Shown here: positions 48,824 through 58,443 of the stretch, in pieces
Numbering within the stretch: the first letter of the stretch is position 1
Layout: each line of letters begins with the position of its first letter
NCBI GenBank assembly: GCA_039794085.1
Contig: JBDIWC010000008.1
Coordinates: 1 to 64,000 of the forward strand
Direction of reading: 5' to 3'
Length of the DNA stretch: 64,000 nucleotides
Source of the DNA: Gemmatimonadales bacterium
GTDB lineage: Bacteria > Gemmatimonadota > Gemmatimonadetes > Gemmatimonadales > GWC2-71-9
Program-made: the position numbers and the translations under genes
Notes under the pieces: generated by a model
Told to the model about the DNA's origin: nothing
The model's database searches: none
Seen by the model: the letters and a program-made list of their open reading frames with translations, nothing else

Positions 48824-50793
48824 TATCGCTTGAGTCCCTTGAGCCAGTCGTTGAAATGCTGGAGATCTTCGCTGTCGGAGGCGGAAGGGGTGCCGGAGGG
48901 GGGGGCGACCACCGGCGGCCGGTCGCTGAAGAATTCATCGAAGGAGGGAGAGGTGCCTTCCCCCTCGTCCTGGGCGGCCGCAGGAGCGTTGGCATCCGAG
49001 GGGTCATCCCCAAAGACGGAATCGAGGCCGAAGTGTTTGTCCGCGGGCCGAGTCGGTTCTCCCTCCTTCGGCCGGTCCATGGCCGGGGGAGTGATGGCCA
49101 AGGGGGAGGTCGGTTCCCTCACGGCGAGAACACCGGCGAGAAAATCGCCCAACGATTCCCCCCCCGTGCTGGATGCCGCGAACCGGGCCGGAGCGGGTTC
49201 GGCGGACGGAGTGTCATCCTCCGCGGCGGGGGGCGGAGTGAGGCGGCCGATGGCCTCCTGCAGCCGGGCATTCTCGGGATCACGGCGGGCCAGCTCGGTG
49301 TACACCGCCAGGGCAAGTTCGTCGTGGCCCTGCCGCAGGAAGATCTCCGCCATGCTCTCGGTGACGACCAGCGCGTCCTCATCATCCTGGTCCTGGTCCG
49401 ATGCCTCATCGCCGGGTTCCTCGAGCTCCTCGGCTGACATCTCCATCAGGGCCAGTTCCGGGGTCTCCCCTCCCTCGGCATTTCCCTCCACCGTCCGGTC
49501 ATGTGATTCCTCCGGCGGCTCCGCCGCCGCGAAGGACCGATCGCGCTCGGTGTCACTCGGGAGGGAGGTCTCGCTCACGGCGGGCGGGCCCTCGGGCCAG
49601 GTTTCCGGCCCCACTTCCTCCCGATGTTCGGGGAACCCGGTGTCGGTCGGATCCGGCAAGGGCAGTGCCGCGTCGACAACGCTGGCGGGGGTGTCGGGAT
49701 CGTCAGGGATCCTCCCCGTCAACGGTTCGCCGTCCTCGGCCGGGACGTCCGACTCCCCCGTTTCCGGGGGCAGCTCCGCCGGCGTCCAGGGATTGGCGGA
49801 CAGATCGTCCTCCGCGTCCAGAAGCCGCAGAGTCCCCTCGTGCAGGTCGTCGGCATCCGGGGCCGGGACCTCTCCCGGTTCTGACTCGGCCACCAGGTCC
49901 ACCCGAACCCCTGGCACCTCGGAGTCATCCTCGGAATCGGGAATCGCCGACTCCGTCCGGGAGACCCACCCCGATTCGGCATTGGGCTCCGTCGTGTCGG
50001 CCTCCATCTCCGTCAGATCCTTCAAGGTGGGCACCACGTCGATGTCCATCGACGGGAGGGAGAGGCCATCCCCTTCCGAATCCGTTTCCCCATCCGGCGC
50101 GCCGGCCTCCTCGGCCGGTGCGGAGAGCGTCTCGCTGTCATTGGCGAGGGCGAATTCGTTCCTGGCGCCGGGGGAGGACCACTGCTCGTCGATGTGCAGG
50201 TCGAGGGGGTCGGTCTCGGTGTCCACCTCGACCAGCGGGAAGCGGTCGTCAGGGATCTCCCGGTCGACCTCGGATTCGATGAGGTTCACCAGGGGAAAGG
50301 CCGATTCCCCGAGTGTGGAGTCACTCGGAGAAGATGGCGGCCCCATGTCCGAAACCGGAGGGGCATAGTCCGTGGCCGGAGCGGGCGGTGCCTTCGCCTG
50401 CAGTTCTGCGAGTCGTGCCGTTGCCTCATCGTCGGTCGGATCGGCCTCGAGGAGACGTCGCAAATGGAGGACGGCTTCCTGCGGTCGCCCGGACCGGAGG
50501 GAAATCTCGGCCAGACCCCGAAGGGCAATCAGGTTGAGGGAGTCGAAGGAGAGGACCAGAGCAAAGGCGGAGGCCGCCATCGTGTCGTCTCCGGCGGCCA
50601 GAGCGCACCGGCCGCGAACAATGTGCGCCGGGACATAATCCGGGTGATGGGCAAGACCCAGTTCGAGGGTCTGGAATGCCTCATCCAGCCGCCCGGCCTT
50701 GCGATATGCCTCGGCCAGAGGAGCAAAGGTAAGCCCCTGCATGTTCTCGAGCCACCGTCGTTCGAGCTTCTCGATTTCGCCTGGACTTGCCAT
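48823..50793 (-). CDS. TPR protein with long acidic low-complexity linker
   Basis: [16 protein letters not shown]-terminus, D/E/P-rich middle, [16 protein letters not shown]-terminal FNDWLKGLK. Confidence 0.85.
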   Translation of the reverse strand: MASPGEIEKLERRWLENMQGLTFAPLAEAYRKAGRLDEAFQTLELGLAHHPDYVPAHIVRGRCALAAGDDTMAASAFALVLSFDSLNLIALRGLAEISLRSGRPQEAVLHLRRLLEADPTDDEATARLAELQAKAPPAPATDYAPPVSDMGPPSSPSDSTLGESAFPLVNLIESEVDREIPDDRFPLVEVDTETDPLDLHIDEQWSSPGARNEFALANDSETLSAPAEEAGAPDGETDSEGDGLSLPSMDIDVVPTLKDLTEMEADTTEPNAESGWVSRTESAIPDSEDDSEVPGVRVDLVAESEPGEVPAPDADDLHEGTLRLLDAEDDLSANPWTPAELPPETGESDVPAEDGEPLTGRIPDDPDTPASVVDAALPLPDPTDTGFPEHREEVGPETWPEGPPAVSETSLPSDTERDRSFAAAEPPEESHDRTVEGNAEGGETPELALMEMSAEELEEPGDEASDQDQDDEDALVVTESMAEIFLRQGHDELALAVYTELARRDPENARLQEAIGRLTPPPAAEDDTPSAEPAPARFAASSTGGESLGDFLAGVLAVREPTSPLAITPPAMDRPKEGEPTRPADKHFGLDSVFGDDPSDANAPAAAQDEGEGTSPSFDEFFSDRPPVVAPPSGTPSASDSEDLQHFNDWLKGLKR

Positions 50794-50950
50794 CCGCCGG
50801 TTTCCGTAAGTTGTTGTCAGTGCGACACTCAGACTAGCCCGATCGCCGGGCGGTGTCAACGGGTGTGGACCAGGGATCCTTGAGGAAAGTCCCGGCCCTG
50901 CTTAAACTTATCGCCTTCATCTGCCACCGGATCAGGAGTGTCCGCCGATC

Positions 50951-52786
50951 ATGATGCAAGCGTTTCGAAACAGTGCCAAACCCATCGTGCTGATCCTGAC
51001 CGTCTCGTTCTTCGGCTGGCTCGTTTTTGACCTGAGCGGCCTCAGTGGAGGGACAGGCCTGCTGACTCAGACCTCGGTCGGCAAGATCAATGGACGCACG
51101 ATTGATGCCCGGCTCTTCCAGGAGGCCGTCCAGCAGGCCACGGAGGTGCAGCAACGTCAATCCCCAACACCACTTGGGGTATCTGACCAAGCCCAGATCC
51201 GGGACCAGGTGTGGGAGCAGTTCATTCAATCCACCATCCTGGATGAGGAGTACCGCCGGAGGGGACTGCAAGTTTCGGCAAACGAGATCGCCGATGCAAT
51301 ACGAAACGTTCCCCCCCAGGAGATCCGAGCCGTCCCGACCTTTCAGACCGACGGCCAGTTCGACATGTCCAAGTACCAGGCCTGGCTCGGAACGACCGAG
51401 GGAATGAGTTATGTCCCGGTCCTGGAAGCCCGGTATCGCGACGAGATCCTCCGATCCAAACTGGTCCAGGACCTCATTTCCACGCTCTACGTGTCGGACG
51501 CTCAACTGTGGCAGCAGTACCGGGATGCCAACGACTCGATCTCCGTGGAGCTTGCCACCATCGACCCTCTCTCGGTCATCCCCGATACCGAGGCGCCGGT
51601 GACGGATAGCGAGGTCGAGAACTGGTTCCGCTCCCACCGGGATGACTTCCGGCGCCAGAGAACGGCCTTTCTCAGCTTCATTGCCGTCGACAAGCAGGTC
51701 AACGCGTCCGACTCCGCCGCTGCATTGGCCAGGGCGGAGGCCCTCCGGGCGGAGATCCAGGGTGGAGCCCCGTTCGCGGAAGTCGCCCAGCGGGAATCGT
51801 CCGACACCGTTTCCGGCAGCCGCGGAGGTGATCTCGGCGAGTGGACCCGGAACACCTTCGACCCCGCCTTCGAGGCGGCCGCCTTCCGGCTCCCGCTCAA
51901 CACGGTTTCGGAGCCGGTCCTGACGCCGTTCGGCTATCACCTCATCGAGATCACGAGCCGGAAGGGTGACACCATCTCCGGCCGGCACATTCTGGTCCCG
52001 ATCGAGCTCGCCGGCTCCCACCGCGACCTGGTGGACGCTCGCGCCGACAGCCTGGAGTTGCTGGCCGCCGACCGGCTGGACCGGGCAGCACTCGATACCG
52101 CCTCCCGGGCTCTCGGGCTTCCCATCGTCGAAAGCGGGCCGGTCGTGGAGGGTGGCTTCGCTCCGGTGCACATCGACGCGACGATCTGGGCCTTCCAGGC
52201 CAAGCGGCATGAGCATAGCCCGGTTTTCGAGGCCCCCGCATCGTACCTGGTCTACCGGGTAGACAGCCTCTGGCCGGCTGGCGTTCCCGCGCTGGGGGCC
52301 ATCCGCGGGGAGGTGATTGCGGCGGTTCGAGCGGACAAGAAGAGGGCCCAGGCCCGGCGGTTGGCCGACTCCCTCGCAGCACGGGTTCGAGCAGGCACGA
52401 CTCTCCGGGAGGCGGCAGCGGGACTCGGCGTTCCGGTCGAACCCCTGGGCCCCTTCACTCGGTACACCGCCCCGCTCCAGAGCGGACTGACCCTGGGAAC
52501 GGCCTTCGGGTTGGAACCGGGGCAGACGAGTGGCACCATCGAAGAGAATGACCGTTTCTACCTGGTTCACGTCCGGGAACGATGGGCCGCCGACAGCAGC
52601 GCCTTTGCCAACTCCCTGGACAGCCTCCGCACCTCGACGTTGCAGACAGTTCGGCAGAATTATGTGCAGCGCTATTTTGCGGCCCTGCGATCCCAGGCCA
52701 AGCTCGCTGACTATCGGTCAGAGCTCTATCGGACGGCGGCTCAGAACGAGGCTCTCGCGCCCCCCGTTCCTCCTCCGGCCTATTGA
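50951..52786 (+). CDS. SurA/PpiD-like parvulin peptidyl-prolyl isomerase
   Basis: N-terminal TM plus SurA_N domain; FAEVAQRESSD..SGSRGGDLG and TPFGYHLI motifs. Confidence 0.9.
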   Translation: MMQAFRNSAKPIVLILTVSFFGWLVFDLSGLSGGTGLLTQTSVGKINGRTIDARLFQEAVQQATEVQQRQSPTPLGVSDQAQIRDQVWEQFIQSTILDEEYRRRGLQVSANEIADAIRNVPPQEIRAVPTFQTDGQFDMSKYQAWLGTTEGMSYVPVLEARYRDEILRSKLVQDLISTLYVSDAQLWQQYRDANDSISVELATIDPLSVIPDTEAPVTDSEVENWFRSHRDDFRRQRTAFLSFIAVDKQVNASDSAAALARAEALRAEIQGGAPFAEVAQRESSDTVSGSRGGDLGEWTRNTFDPAFEAAAFRLPLNTVSEPVLTPFGYHLIEITSRKGDTISGRHILVPIELAGSHRDLVDARADSLELLAADRLDRAALDTASRALGLPIVESGPVVEGGFAPVHIDATIWAFQAKRHEHSPVFEAPASYLVYRVDSLWPAGVPALGAIRGEVIAAVRADKKRAQARRLADSLAARVRAGTTLREAAAGLGVPVEPLGPFTRYTAPLQSGLTLGTAFGLEPGQTSGTIEENDRFYLVHVRERWAADSSAFANSLDSLRTSTLQTVRQNYVQRYFAALRSQAKLADYRSELYRTAAQNEALAPPVPPPAY

Positions 52787-52811
52787 CGCCGGGCCGTCGG
52801 CCACCCATGCG

Positions 52812-52846
52812 AAACGCGGTGCCTGCAGGCACCGCGTTTTCTTTTC
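52812..52846 (+). terminator. Intrinsic terminator, possibly bidirectional
   Basis: AAACGCGGTGCC-TGCA-GGCACCGCGTTT followed by TCTTTT, between convergent genes. Confidence 0.85.
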
Positions 52847-52863
52847 ACCCCTCTCCCACCGAC

Positions 52864-53121
52864 CTATTGGGAGAGGCGCTTCGGCTCCCCGGAGGATGCG
52901 GGAGGCTGCTGCGAGGCGGCATCCATTTGCCTGCCCGGGGGAAGGTTTCGTTCCTCTCCCGTGCCGGTCACGGCGTTTTCCACGTCGCTGAAGCTCCTCT
53001 TGAACTCACGGATTCCCTTCCCGAACGACGCCCCGATCTCTGGAAGTCGCTTGGCCCCGAACACGAGCAACACGACCAGCAGGATGATCATGATCTCGCC
53101 GAAACCCAGATTTCCCAACAT
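52864..53121 (-). CDS. tatA: Twin-arginine translocase TatA/E
   Basis: LLVFGAKRLPEIGASFGKGIREFK. Confidence 0.93.
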   Translation of the reverse strand: MLGNLGFGEIMIILLVVLLVFGAKRLPEIGASFGKGIREFKRSFSDVENAVTGTGEERNLPPGRQMDAASQQPPASSGEPKRLSQ

Positions 53122-53138
53122 GGTGTCCTCCTGCAAGC

Positions 53139-53411
53139 TTAGAACAGCGATTTGGCGATCAGGTAGGCCAGAACCACCCCGATCAGGCTCAGCAGTGACA
53201 CATCGACACCAGCCGGCCCCAGAGTGAAGTGTACCACAAGGAGATCGACCGGAACAGGCCCGACTCCGAAGGTCACTCCGTAGGTAAAGAAATCCCGGGT
53301 GGGACTTTCCGGGAGGAATCGCCGGAGAAAGGCCGTCAGGAAGCCCCCCAGGACGAAGCCGGCCAGGAGGACCGACAGGTAGAATCGGGGTCGGCGGGGT
53401 CCGACAGCCAT
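53139..53411 (-). CDS. Small membrane protein, DUF4321-like
   Basis: Hydrophobic helices, VDLLVVHFTLG motif, operon coupling. Confidence 0.7.
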   Translation of the reverse strand: MAVGPRRPRFYLSVLLAGFVLGGFLTAFLRRFLPESPTRDFFTYGVTFGVGPVPVDLLVVHFTLGPAGVDVSLLSLIGVVLAYLIAKSLF

Positions 53412-54403
53412 CAGCTCCTCCGTTCGAGAATGTAGCAGAGACTCGCCCGGAGCGTCTCCCGCGCGGGAGAGGGTGGCAGGACGGCCAATTCCGCCTCCGC
53501 CTCTTCCAGGAGGGCCTGGGCGCGGTCGCGTGCGTAGGCCAGCCCGCCGCGGTCGGCGACAATGCCAATCACCGCGCTCACCTGGTCGCCACGGGGATCG
53601 GGATTGGCGAAGAGTTCGTCGACCACCGCGCGCTCGCCCCGGGACAGCCGGGGAAGGACATGGATGAGGGGGAGGGTGATCTTGTGCTCCCGAAGATCCA
53701 GGCCGGCGGGTTTCCCCGTGATGGTCGCATCGGAGGTGAAGTCGAGCAGGTCATCGACGATCTGGAAGGCACGGCCGAGCCGGTCCCCGAAGCGAGCCAT
53801 GGCCTCGCGCCGCCCCGCGGGCGCGCCGAGCGCACCCACCTCACAGGCACCGGAGACGAGGGAGGCCGTCTTCGACCGAATGAGGAGGTTGTAGTCCTCC
53901 TCGGTGAAGGCGAGAGGGTCGACGGCCAGGAGCTGCCGCATCTCCCCCACGGTCATCTCATTGGTCACCCGGGCCAGGACCTGGAGGGGGACAAGGTCGT
54001 CCAGGCGAACCAGTTCAATCACGGCCCGGGAGTAGAGATAGTCTCCCATGATCACCGAGACCTGGTGACTGAAGAGGGAGTTGATCGTGGGCATTCCGCG
54101 ACGAAGCACGGAATGATCCACCGCATCGTCATGGACCAGCGTGGCCAGGTGAATCAGTTCCACCACCGCGGCAAGCCGCACGGCCGTGGCCGGATCGGTT
54201 CCCTCGCTCGCATCCCGTGAGAGGAGCACCAGGGTGGGGCGGAACATCTTGCCCTGCATGCGGAGGAGGTGAGCATTGACTTCCACGATCAACCCGAAAT
54301 CGGCCACGATGAGCTGGGAGAGCCTGTCCCGCACCTCATCGAGACGCGATTCCAGTCCGGCCTGGATGTCACCGAGGGTGACCGGCGAGGTTCCGCTCGT
54401 CAT
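53411..54403 (-). CDS. Polyprenyl diphosphate synthase (IspB-like)
   Basis: GKMFRP, LVHDDAVD..RRG and FQIVDDLLD motifs. Confidence 0.93.
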   Translation of the reverse strand: MTSGTSPVTLGDIQAGLESRLDEVRDRLSQLIVADFGLIVEVNAHLLRMQGKMFRPTLVLLSRDASEGTDPATAVRLAAVVELIHLATLVHDDAVDHSVLRRGMPTINSLFSHQVSVIMGDYLYSRAVIELVRLDDLVPLQVLARVTNEMTVGEMRQLLAVDPLAFTEEDYNLLIRSKTASLVSGACEVGALGAPAGRREAMARFGDRLGRAFQIVDDLLDFTSDATITGKPAGLDLREHKITLPLIHVLPRLSRGERAVVDELFANPDPRGDQVSAVIGIVADRGGLAYARDRAQALLEEAEAELAVLPPSPARETLRASLCYILERRS

Positions 54404-56748
54404 CGTCCCCCTCCCAGGGCGTGGACCCGGGGCCCCAGATCGAGAAACCGGATGTCCACCGCCAGGGCTCGTTCGTACCAGGGCAACGCCTCCCCGCCGC
54501 GTTCCAGGGCCTCAAGGGACCGCCCCAGCCAATAGATCAGCCCGATCTTCTCGTCATCCGATCCCGGCACGGACTCGATCGCCCGGCGCAGTACCGCCTC
54601 CGCAATGGCGTATCGCCCCTTCTCGTAGAAGGAGATCCCCAAGGCCTCCGAGGCCCGGAGGCGTCCTTCGGGAGAACGGAGAGCCTTCTGAAACTGGGCG
54701 ATCGCCTCATCGAGCAGGCCCATCTCCTTGAAGGCGATTCCGAGGTCGTACTGGGCCTGGAAGTCCTCACTGTCGAGGTTCTCCTCGATTCCTCTCTTGA
54801 ACTGGCTCAAGGTTTCGAGGAAGTCCTTGTCCTCATCGCCAACGGGTTCCTCCGCATCGACCCGCATCCGGGTATCCCGGGCCGGGACCGGATCCATGAT
54901 GAGGGCGCCCAGGTCCACGAAATCGTTTCCGCCCGTCGGCTCGGCCGGTGCCAGGGGCGCCGCGGCCGGAGGAATGGGGCCGGAGGTGTCCGGAGAACGG
55001 GACGGGGAAGGCGCCTGCAGGGTGAGAATGGCTGCCTGGGCCACGGCGTTCCCCGGATCGAGCTCCTCCACGCGCCGATAGACGGCCAACGCGTTCTCCG
55101 CCGCACCGATGCGCAGAAGGGCGTCGGCCAGACCGAGGTAGCTCCGCACCAGGAGAACGGGGTCACCGGAGTGATAGGCCAGCTCCACCCGCTTCTGGAA
55201 TCGGGGGAGGTTGTCGGGTTCGAGAGTAATCAGGTCCCCCGCCACCACCAGCGCCTCCTCCCACCGGGACGCCACCTCGTGCAGCCGGAGCAGGTCTTCC
55301 AGCACCTCGATTCCGCCCGGGTGGTTTCCCCGCTCCAGGAGGGCGGAGGCCTCTCGCCGCAGGGCGACCGGGTCGGATCGATCGAGGGCGGCTTCCACGA
55401 GGTCGGCGGCATCGAGGGACTCGAAGAGCGCCTCGTCGGTCCCGGGAACCGGCTCCCGCTCGACCGATGCCGTCTCCCGTCCCGAAATCTCCGGAGCCTC
55501 CGTCAACTCGAAATCATCACGGCCGGTGTCCGCGGCCCCGTCCCATTCCCCGCCCACCTCGGACCACTCCTCCCCGGAGGGGGGAAGGATCACTTCCACT
55601 CCCCCCAGGTCACCGTCCACTTCCGAGACCCCGGGGAGATCGACATCCAGGGCCTCCGCGGCCAGCTCCACCGCAAGATCAGGCAGGGAGGAATCGGGCG
55701 CCCCCTCAAACTCAAGGAGTGGCTCGGGTTCGACCTGGTCGAGTTCGAGGGAGGGGAGATCCTGCGCATCGTGCGAGGGAGCAAAGTCGTGGTTGGTGAC
55801 GAAATCCAGGGGCGCCGTGTCGACGACCTGTATCTCCTCGGCGGGCACCTCCCACTCGGGTCCCCGGGAGGTGGGGTCCTCCAGGGTCGTGGCATCGGGA
55901 TCCTGGATGATCTCCACCTCATCGCCCGAGCCATCCCACCGCAGATCACGCGAACCATCCAGATCGATTCCGGAATCCTCCGCGGCCCCCTCCCCGGACT
56001 CCACCACCTCTGTCGCCTCATTCTCGGGACCAACCTCCGCCCTCCGCGTCGGTACGATTCCTGGCACCCCCGACCCGGTATCGAGGAACACCAGCCCCGA
56101 TCCCGCCAAACTCGGTGGGATGTCCTGCATTCCCCCGGTTTCGATGGCCTCGGCCCGTTCCCGGGTTCGGCGGGCCCCCCGCACGTCACCCTGGACCTCG
56201 AGATGGGAGGCGAGCTTCTCCAACTGTTCCCTGGCCTCGTCGGTCCGGGAGGCCGCCCGGAGGAGCTCGCTCAGCATCAGTCGAATGTCGGGATTGCCCG
56301 AGAAGGTGTCGGCAAAGGCCTTCACCGACTGGAAGGCATCCTCGAGACGTCCCACCGAGTGCATCCGCTCCACATATTCGAGGAGGTTCCTCTTCGCCTC
56401 CGGAATGACATTCTTGCGGGAATGGAGCTGGGCGAGGCGGAGATAGGTTTCGGTACGACCCGGGTTGACCCGGAGGATCTTGCCACAGAGAGCGATCGCG
56501 TTGTTGTAGAATCCCTGGTCCGCGTAGAGCTCCGCGGCCTGCTCATAACCCCGGAGGGCGGCCGCCGAGTCCCCCGCCTTCATCTCGAGATCGCCCACCT
56601 TGTTGTACAGGCTCGGGTCCACGCTCTCGGACCCGGTGCCGAGTCCCTGGATGGCCCTGTGGTAGACCTCGATGGCTCGACGCCACTCCTCCCGTTGCTC
56701 AAACCGGCGGGCCTGTTCCTTGAGCTTGTCGAGATTCATCCGGGCCAC
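54400..56748 (-). CDS. Multi-TPR protein with acidic linker (SgmX/FimV-like C-terminus)
   Basis: N-terminal TPRs, D/E-rich middle, C-terminal YDLGIAFKEMGLLDEAI TPRs. Confidence 0.85.
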   Translation of the reverse strand: MARMNLDKLKEQARRFEQREEWRRAIEVYHRAIQGLGTGSESVDPSLYNKVGDLEMKAGDSAAALRGYEQAAELYADQGFYNNAIALCGKILRVNPGRTETYLRLAQLHSRKNVIPEAKRNLLEYVERMHSVGRLEDAFQSVKAFADTFSGNPDIRLMLSELLRAASRTDEAREQLEKLASHLEVQGDVRGARRTRERAEAIETGGMQDIPPSLAGSGLVFLDTGSGVPGIVPTRRAEVGPENEATEVVESGEGAAEDSGIDLDGSRDLRWDGSGDEVEIIQDPDATTLEDPTSRGPEWEVPAEEIQVVDTAPLDFVTNHDFAPSHDAQDLPSLELDQVEPEPLLEFEGAPDSSLPDLAVELAAEALDVDLPGVSEVDGDLGGVEVILPPSGEEWSEVGGEWDGAADTGRDDFELTEAPEISGRETASVEREPVPGTDEALFESLDAADLVEAALDRSDPVALRREASALLERGNHPGGIEVLEDLLRLHEVASRWEEALVVAGDLITLEPDNLPRFQKRVELAYHSGDPVLLVRSYLGLADALLRIGAAENALAVYRRVEELDPGNAVAQAAILTLQAPSPSRSPDTSGPIPPAAAPLAPAEPTGGNDFVDLGALIMDPVPARDTRMRVDAEEPVGDEDKDFLETLSQFKRGIEENLDSEDFQAQYDLGIAFKEMGLLDEAIAQFQKALRSPEGRLRASEALGISFYEKGRYAIAEAVLRRAIESVPGSDDEKIGLIYWLGRSLEALERGGEALPWYERALAVDIRFLDLGPRVHALGGGR

Positions 56749-56823
56749 GGGTCAGAGACGAAGGATGTGGTGAACCTGTTGCAACCTCGCAAGATAGATC
56801 CCCTCTCCGGGCCGGGCAAGCAA

Positions 56824-58356
56824 TTACCCCGCCGTCCGGGCCGGATCCAGACGTCCCTCGGCAACCAGGGCCGCCAGCCGCTCCAGATCCACCCCGGGTG
56901 GCCGGTCCACCGTCAGCGGGGCTACACCACCAGGTCCTCGGACAAGGTCGAAGAGCCGGCGCACGCCGCGACCGGGCTGGAGCGGGCGCAGGATCTCCAA
57001 CCCTTGGGCGCCGCAGAGAAACTCGGCCGCCACCACCAGCTGGGCGTTCGCCAGAACTCGGCGGGCCTTGAATGCGGCGGCCATTCCCATGGGCACAAAG
57101 TCCTCCTGGTTGGCATCGGTGGGGATCGAGCCGATGCTGGCCGGATAGGACAAGGTTCTCGATTCGGCCACCAGGGAGGCCGCCGTGATCTGCACCATCA
57201 TGAATCCCGAGGAGAGGCCGGCCGACGAGGTCAGGAAGGCGGGGAGCCCCTGACTCAGATCGGGGTTGACCAGCCGCTCGATGCGCCGCTCACTGATAGT
57301 CTGCAGGGTGGTCAGCGCGATGGTGACGAAGTCCATAGCCTGGGCCACCGGCTGGCCGTGGAAGTTGCCCCCCGACAGCACCTCGGACCCGAACACCAGG
57401 GGATTGTCGGTCGAGGCGTTGAGCTCGACCGACGCCACGCGGCGCGCGAACGTGATCGCATCCCACACGGCACCCAGCACCTGAGGAGTGCACCGGAGGC
57501 TGTAGGCATCCTGGACCCGGGAGTCGCCCTGACGATGGGACTCCCGGATGGGGCTGTCGTGGAGGAGGTCGCGCATCAGGCGGGCGGCGATCCCCTGCCC
57601 CTGGTGGGGGCGGGCCTCATGAATCCGGGGATCGAGCGGGGTCGGGGTCCCTCGCAGCGCCTCCAGGCTCATCGCCGCCGCCCCGATCGCGGAGCGCCAC
57701 AGAACCTCCGCGTCGTGCACCAGGAGGGTGAGGACGGCGGTCTGGGCCTGAGTTCCGTTGATGAAGGCCAGACCCTCCTTGGGGCCGAACGTGAAGGGCT
57801 CCAGCCCGCATTCCTTCAGGACGAGGTGCGATGCGTCAACGGTGCCATCCGGCCGGGCGAGGGTGCCCTCCCCCATCAATGCCAGCGCCAGGTGGCTGAG
57901 AGGTGCCAGATCCCCGCTCGCCCCCACGCTGCCCTGTTCCGGCACGACTGGGATCGCCCCGCTGTTGAGCAGCGCCACCAGCGCTTGCGCCAGCGCCGGG
58001 CGCACGCCACTGGTGGGTCGGAGCAGCACATTGGCGCGGAGGCACATCATGGCCCGTACCACGTCCCGCGGGAGGGGAGTCCCCACGCCCGCCGCGTGAC
58101 TGCGGATCAGGTTGGCCTGCAGCGCGGTCAGGTCGTCCGGACCGATGCGGACATCCGCCAGCTTGCCGAATCCGGTGTTGATGCCGTACATGGTGTCGCC
58201 CCGGGCCACGGCTCGCTCCACGACGGCACGGGTGCCGGCCATGGCGTCGAGGGCCCGGGGGTCGATGTCGATCCGGAGATCCGGATTCCGGGCAATGCGG
58301 GTCAGGTCCTCAATGGACAGCGACAGGCCGGTCAGGCGAAGGGGGGTGTCGGTCAT
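56824..58356 (-). CDS. hutH: Histidine ammonia-lyase
   Basis: YGINTGFG, GSVGASGDLAPL (MIO), QDAYSLRC and GNFHG motifs. Confidence 0.95.
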   Translation of the reverse strand: MTDTPLRLTGLSLSIEDLTRIARNPDLRIDIDPRALDAMAGTRAVVERAVARGDTMYGINTGFGKLADVRIGPDDLTALQANLIRSHAAGVGTPLPRDVVRAMMCLRANVLLRPTSGVRPALAQALVALLNSGAIPVVPEQGSVGASGDLAPLSHLALALMGEGTLARPDGTVDASHLVLKECGLEPFTFGPKEGLAFINGTQAQTAVLTLLVHDAEVLWRSAIGAAAMSLEALRGTPTPLDPRIHEARPHQGQGIAARLMRDLLHDSPIRESHRQGDSRVQDAYSLRCTPQVLGAVWDAITFARRVASVELNASTDNPLVFGSEVLSGGNFHGQPVAQAMDFVTIALTTLQTISERRIERLVNPDLSQGLPAFLTSSAGLSSGFMMVQITAASLVAESRTLSYPASIGSIPTDANQEDFVPMGMAAAFKARRVLANAQLVVAAEFLCGAQGLEILRPLQPGRGVRRLFDLVRGPGGVAPLTVDRPPGVDLERLAALVAEGRLDPARTAG

Positions 58357-58443
58357 GGGCGGAAAGTGCGGGGCCCCGGGACCGGGGGCAAGGTCGGGGT
58401 CCTCCCCGGAGCGATGGCGCATGTGGCGATGTGTCAGGCGTCG

